A stretch of DNA of 64,000 nt. It comes from Bacillota bacterium. Its GTDB lineage: Bacteria; Bacillota; Sulfobacillia; JAJZYS01; JAJYTV01. Of the stretch, positions 60,155 through 64,000 are shown in pieces (the stretch's first letter is position 1; every line of letters begins with the position of its first letter). The position numbers were made by a program, and so were the translations under genes. The stretch spans positions 11,972-75,971 of the forward strand of contig JAJZAT010000008.1 of NCBI GenBank assembly GCA_021799275.1, in the 5' to 3' direction. The notes below the pieces were generated by a model. It made no database searches and was not told where the DNA came from. It was given only the letters and a program-made list of their open reading frames with translations.

Positions 60155-61198
60155 ATGGGTCGCCTCCGCAATTTCTGCGGCCCACGGTTCCTGGCTGGTA
60201 TCGCGCTACTCTCTTCGCTTTCGCTTGCGACCGCCTTTCTCGGCGGTCCGGTAGCATCCGCAGCCAGCGCAAGCAGCTTCAAGGTGGGACTGGTGACCGA
60301 CACCGGTGGCCTCAACGACCACGGCTTCAACCACCTGTCCTATGTCGGGCTCGAAGAAGCTCACCAGAAGCTCGGCGTTACCGTATCCGTCGTGCAATCC
60401 CAGAGCCAGAACGACTACGTACCGAACCTCTCCACCTACGCGCGTGAGGGCTACAACGTCGTCATCGCCGTCGGCTTCCTGATGCAGCAGGCGGTGCAGC
60501 AGGTCGCGAAGCAGTACCCGAAGACGAAGTTCCTCATCATCGACGACTCCGTGCCGGGCAAGAACATCGCCTCCGCCCTGTTCAACACCCAGCAGTGCGG
60601 CTACCTGGTCGGCATGCTGGCGGGCCTCGTGCAGAAGCAGCACGCCCTGCCGCACATCAACAAGTACAACACCCTCGGCGTCGTCGGCGGCCAGGCCATC
60701 CCGCCGGTCACCACCTACATCGCCGGTTTCTACGCCGGCGTGCACGCGGTCGACCCGTCCGCCCACATCCTCCTGAGCTACACCAACGACTTCAACAACC
60801 CGAACAACGGCCAGAGCTACGCCCAGGCCGAGATTGCCAAGCACGCCGATATCATCTTCCAGGTGGCCGGCGGCACGGGCCTCGGCGTCATCACCGCGGC
60901 GAAGCAGGCGCACGTCTACGCGATCGGCGTGGACGCCAACCAGGGTTACCTCGCGCCCGGAACCGTGATCACGAGCGCCCTCAAGGGAGTCAACGTCGCC
61001 ACCTTCGACGTGATCAACGCGGCCTTCCACAACCGCTTCCGCGCCGGCACCATCTACTTCAACCTGAGCGGCGGCGGCGTGGGCATGGCCCCGCCGATCA
61101 AGGGCATCCCGGCGTCCATCCTGAAGCAGGTCAACCTGGCCAAGGCGAAGATCATGGCCGGCAAGCTCAAGCCACCGACGACGATTCCCAAGAACTAA
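60155..61198 (+). CDS. BMP family nucleoside ABC substrate-binding protein (no lipobox)
   Basis: DTGGLND.GFN, VGF, GYLVG, AG..GLG, IGVD.NQ, TSALK. Confidence 0.9.
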   Translation: MGRLRNFCGPRFLAGIALLSSLSLATAFLGGPVASAASASSFKVGLVTDTGGLNDHGFNHLSYVGLEEAHQKLGVTVSVVQSQSQNDYVPNLSTYAREGYNVVIAVGFLMQQAVQQVAKQYPKTKFLIIDDSVPGKNIASALFNTQQCGYLVGMLAGLVQKQHALPHINKYNTLGVVGGQAIPPVTTYIAGFYAGVHAVDPSAHILLSYTNDFNNPNNGQSYAQAEIAKHADIIFQVAGGTGLGVITAAKQAHVYAIGVDANQGYLAPGTVITSALKGVNVATFDVINAAFHNRFRAGTIYFNLSGGGVGMAPPIKGIPASILKQVNLAKAKIMAGKLKPPTTIPKN

Positions 61199-61274
61199 GT
61201 CTCCATCCGCATGGGGGAGGTGGCCTCGGGCCGCCTCCCCCAGCTCGCTCCAAGCACGCAAGGGGAGCCGAGAC

Positions 61275-62807
61275 ATGCCGCAGCTTTCTGTGCAGCACAT
61301 CACGAAGCGGTTCGGCCAGCTGGTCGCCAACGACGACATCACGCTCGATGTTCCGGGCGGCAAGGTGCTGGCCATCCTGGGTGAGAACGGCGCGGGCAAG
61401 TCGACGCTGATGAAGGTCATCGCGGGACTGCTGACGCCGGATGCGGGCGATGTCCTGGTCGACGGGCGACCGATCCCGCATGGGCGCCCGGACCTGGCGA
61501 TCCAGGCGGGCGTCGGCATGATCCATCAGCATTTCATGCTCGTACCGCGCCTCACCGTCTGGGAAAACATCGTCCTCGGGCGGGAGCCACGCACGCGCTT
61601 GGGCGCCGTGGATCGCCGCACCGCGGTCCGGACGATCCGGGAACTCTCCCAGCGCTACGGTCTCGCGGTGGATCCCGAGTCCCCCGTCCACGCCCTCACG
61701 GTCGGGCAGCGCCAGCGGGTGGAGATCCTGAAGGCGTTCTACCGGGGCGCCCAGGTGCTCATCCTGGACGAGCCGACGGCCCTCCTGACACCGCAGGAGA
61801 CCGAGGAGCTTTTCGCATCCATCAAGCATTTCGCCCGGGACGGATTCCCCGTCGTCTTCATCAGCCACAAGCTGGACGAGGTCATGGAGGTCGCCGACCG
61901 CATCGTCGTGATCCGGCAGGGTAAGGTCACAGGAGAACTGCCCGCGGACGACGCGACGCCGCAAAAGCTCGCCGAGCTGATGGTCGGGCGGGCAGTCGTT
62001 TTGCGCGTCGAGCGCGAAGCGGTGGAACCGGGACCCGCCGCCCTCGAGGTGGAGCGGCTGGAGGTCGCGGCGACACGCCACCGCCCGACCGTCGGGCCAA
62101 TCAGCCTCACGGTGCGGCGTGGCGAGATCCTCGGCATCGCCGGCGTCGACGGCAATGGCCAGCTCGAGCTGGCGGAGGCGTTGGTCGGCCTCGTGCCCAC
62201 AAGGCACGGCTCGATCCACCTGGCAGGCAAGGACATCGCCGACCTGCCCGTGCGGGAGCGCACAAGTCACGGTCTCGGCTACGTCCCGGCCGATCGCCAG
62301 ACGGACGGCCTCGTCCTCGATTTTCCGCTCTGGCAGAACTTCATCCTGCGCGACTATGCCAGTTCTCCCTACCGGCGAGGGGTCGGCATCGACCGGCCGG
62401 CTGCCCGCAAGGCGGCGCTCCAGGCCGTGGAGAAGTTCGACATCCGTCCGGCGTCGATCGATGTGTTCGCCCGCCAGCTTTCGGGCGGCAACCAGCAGAA
62501 GCTGATCCTGGCGCGCGAGATCCTGCGGCGGCCCGACGTCCTGGTGGTCTCCCAGCCGACCCGCGGGCTCGACGTCGGGGCGGTCGAGTTCGTCCACCGC
62601 CAATTGCTCGAACTGCGCCGGCAGGGAGCGGCCATCGTGCTGATCTCGCTCGAACTCGACGAAATCCTGACGCTTTCCGACCAGGTCGCGGTCCTGTTCC
62701 GCGGCCGCCTGAGCGACCCCGTGCCGGCCGCCGACGCGACCCGAGACGGGATCGGCCTGATGATGGCCGGTCAGGGGTTCGAGGCAAAGGCGGTGTCCGG
62801 CCAGTGA
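61275..62807 (+). CDS. Nucleoside ABC ATPase (NupA/YufO-like, two NBDs)
   Basis: GENGAGKST, GMIHQHF, LDEPT, GVDGNGQ, LSGGNQQK, PTRGLD. Confidence 0.93.
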   Translation: MPQLSVQHITKRFGQLVANDDITLDVPGGKVLAILGENGAGKSTLMKVIAGLLTPDAGDVLVDGRPIPHGRPDLAIQAGVGMIHQHFMLVPRLTVWENIVLGREPRTRLGAVDRRTAVRTIRELSQRYGLAVDPESPVHALTVGQRQRVEILKAFYRGAQVLILDEPTALLTPQETEELFASIKHFARDGFPVVFISHKLDEVMEVADRIVVIRQGKVTGELPADDATPQKLAELMVGRAVVLRVEREAVEPGPAALEVERLEVAATRHRPTVGPISLTVRRGEILGIAGVDGNGQLELAEALVGLVPTRHGSIHLAGKDIADLPVRERTSHGLGYVPADRQTDGLVLDFPLWQNFILRDYASSPYRRGVGIDRPAARKAALQAVEKFDIRPASIDVFARQLSGGNQQKLILAREILRRPDVLVVSQPTRGLDVGAVEFVHRQLLELRRQGAAIVLISLELDEILTLSDQVAVLFRGRLSDPVPAADATRDGIGLMMAGQGFEAKAVSGQ

Positions 62808-63895
62808 GAACGAGATCTTCCATTGAAGGCGTCCTGCGCCCCCTGGTCTCCGTCGTGCTCGCCCTCGTCGTCAGCTCGGTCATCATGATGCTGACCCACT
62901 ACTCGCCCCTGATCGTGTTCAGCTCCCTCGTCACGGGAGCCTTCGGCAACATGCCGAACTTCGGCAGCACCCTCGTCGACTTCATCCCGCTCGCAGTCAT
63001 GGGGGTAGGGCTGGCGTTCTGCTTCCAGTCCGGGCTCTTCAATATCGGCGCCGAGGGCCAGTACTGGGTCGGCGCGTTCGCGGCCACCGTCATCGGCGTC
63101 CACTTCGCGTCGCTGCCTCTCGTCATCCACGTCGGCTTCGCGCTCCTCGCGGGCACGGTGGCGGGCGCGGCCGTGGCCGCGGTGCCGGGCGTCCTCAAGG
63201 CCTACCGCGGGGCGCATGAGGTCATCACGACCATGATGCTGAGCTACGCTGCGATCGAGTTCGGCCACTATCTCGTGGAGAGCGGCCCCCTGTCGCAGCC
63301 GGGCTCCATCCCGCAGTCCTACCCCTTCGCGAACTCGGCGTCGCTCCAGCCGATCATCCCGACGACGCAGCTCTCGGCCGCGATCTTCATCGCGCTCGCG
63401 GTGATCGTCTTCGGGGCGTGGCTCCTCTATCGCACGCGACTCGGCCTCGGCATCCAGATCCTCGGCAAGAACGCCAAGGCGGCTCGCGTCGCGGGACTCT
63501 CCGTACCGGTGCTGACCATCCTCGGTCTCAGCATCTCGGGGGCCTTTGCCGGTCTCGCCGGCGGACTGCAGATGGTCGGAGTGACGCATCAGCTGTTCGA
63601 CGGCTTCAGCGACCAGTTCGGGTTCACGGCGATCGTCGTCGCCCTCCTGGCGCGAAACAATCCCTGGGCGGTCGTGCCGTCGGCCATGCTGTTCGCGGCG
63701 CTCTACAGCGGCGCCCAGGCCATGCAGATCACGGCCGGCATCCCTGTGGAGCTCTCCTTTGTCATCCAGGGACTGATCGTGTTCTTCGTCGCCGCCGACC
63801 GCCTCCTCGACGCCGCCATCCGCGGGAAGTGGCTGCAGCGCCTGCAAGGGCCCAAGCCCGTCAAGCCCACGCTGGAAGCCAAGGAGGTGGGCTAG
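62804..63895 (+). CDS. Nucleoside ABC permease
   Basis: GLFNIGAEGQ, HEVITT.ML, GF.AI.VALL.RNNP. Confidence 0.92.
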   Translation: MRTRSSIEGVLRPLVSVVLALVVSSVIMMLTHYSPLIVFSSLVTGAFGNMPNFGSTLVDFIPLAVMGVGLAFCFQSGLFNIGAEGQYWVGAFAATVIGVHFASLPLVIHVGFALLAGTVAGAAVAAVPGVLKAYRGAHEVITTMMLSYAAIEFGHYLVESGPLSQPGSIPQSYPFANSASLQPIIPTTQLSAAIFIALAVIVFGAWLLYRTRLGLGIQILGKNAKAARVAGLSVPVLTILGLSISGAFAGLAGGLQMVGVTHQLFDGFSDQFGFTAIVVALLARNNPWAVVPSAMLFAALYSGAQAMQITAGIPVELSFVIQGLIVFFVAADRLLDAAIRGKWLQRLQGPKPVKPTLEAKEVG

Positions 63896-64000
63896 ATGGC
63901 GATCCTCGCAAATCCGGAACTCTGGGTCCTGACCGTCGCGATGAGTGTTCCGATCGCCTACGGGGCGCTCGGTGGCATGTTCTCCGAGCGCGGCGGCACG
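63896..64000 (+). CDS. Second nucleoside ABC permease, truncated by window end
   Basis: P..YGALGG.FSERGG motif. Confidence 0.85.
   Translation, partial: MAILANPELWVLTVAMSVPIAYGALGGMFSERGGT

Overview
A 64 kb, very GC-rich (about 70% by eye) bacterial chromosomal segment, mostly core and nutrient-scavenging metabolism. Bacillus-style SD sequences, SigH-like promoter motifs, sdpR/sdpI and a rocB-like gene suggest a high-GC Bacillota (inference, not tested). In order: DAHP synthase-chorismate mutase, pheA, RRM protein, glpKD, murB, two class V PLP enzymes, odhAB, several MFS transporters, CoA transferase, NRAMP, sdpRI, DUF981, kynU, a secreted BNR-repeat protein, rnhA, oppBCA, a two-component system, bdh, codA, APC permease, Tau/Ssu-type ABC, DHA2 exporter, signal peptidase I, thiolase, rocB/dmpA, a tandem PBP4, GH113 and a nucleoside ABC transporter. 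I saw no rRNA, tRNA, CRISPR array or intact transposase, and no clear novel multi-gene system. The best unannotated signals are non-coding or very small: (1) a ~235 nt rod-folding ncRNA candidate with 6S-like architecture (23461-23704); (2) a 217 bp non-autonomous IS607-like element keeping only its ends and the tnpB 3' end/omegaRNA (49324-49540); (3) a 38-aa membrane microprotein in its own transcription unit (5643-5759); (4) a recurrent AGGA-N17-GAA SigH-like motif before at least 7 genes; (5) probable ATC/ACG start codons; (6) a PBP4 fused to a catalytically dead second copy. All calls come from reading the sequence by hand; no searches were run.
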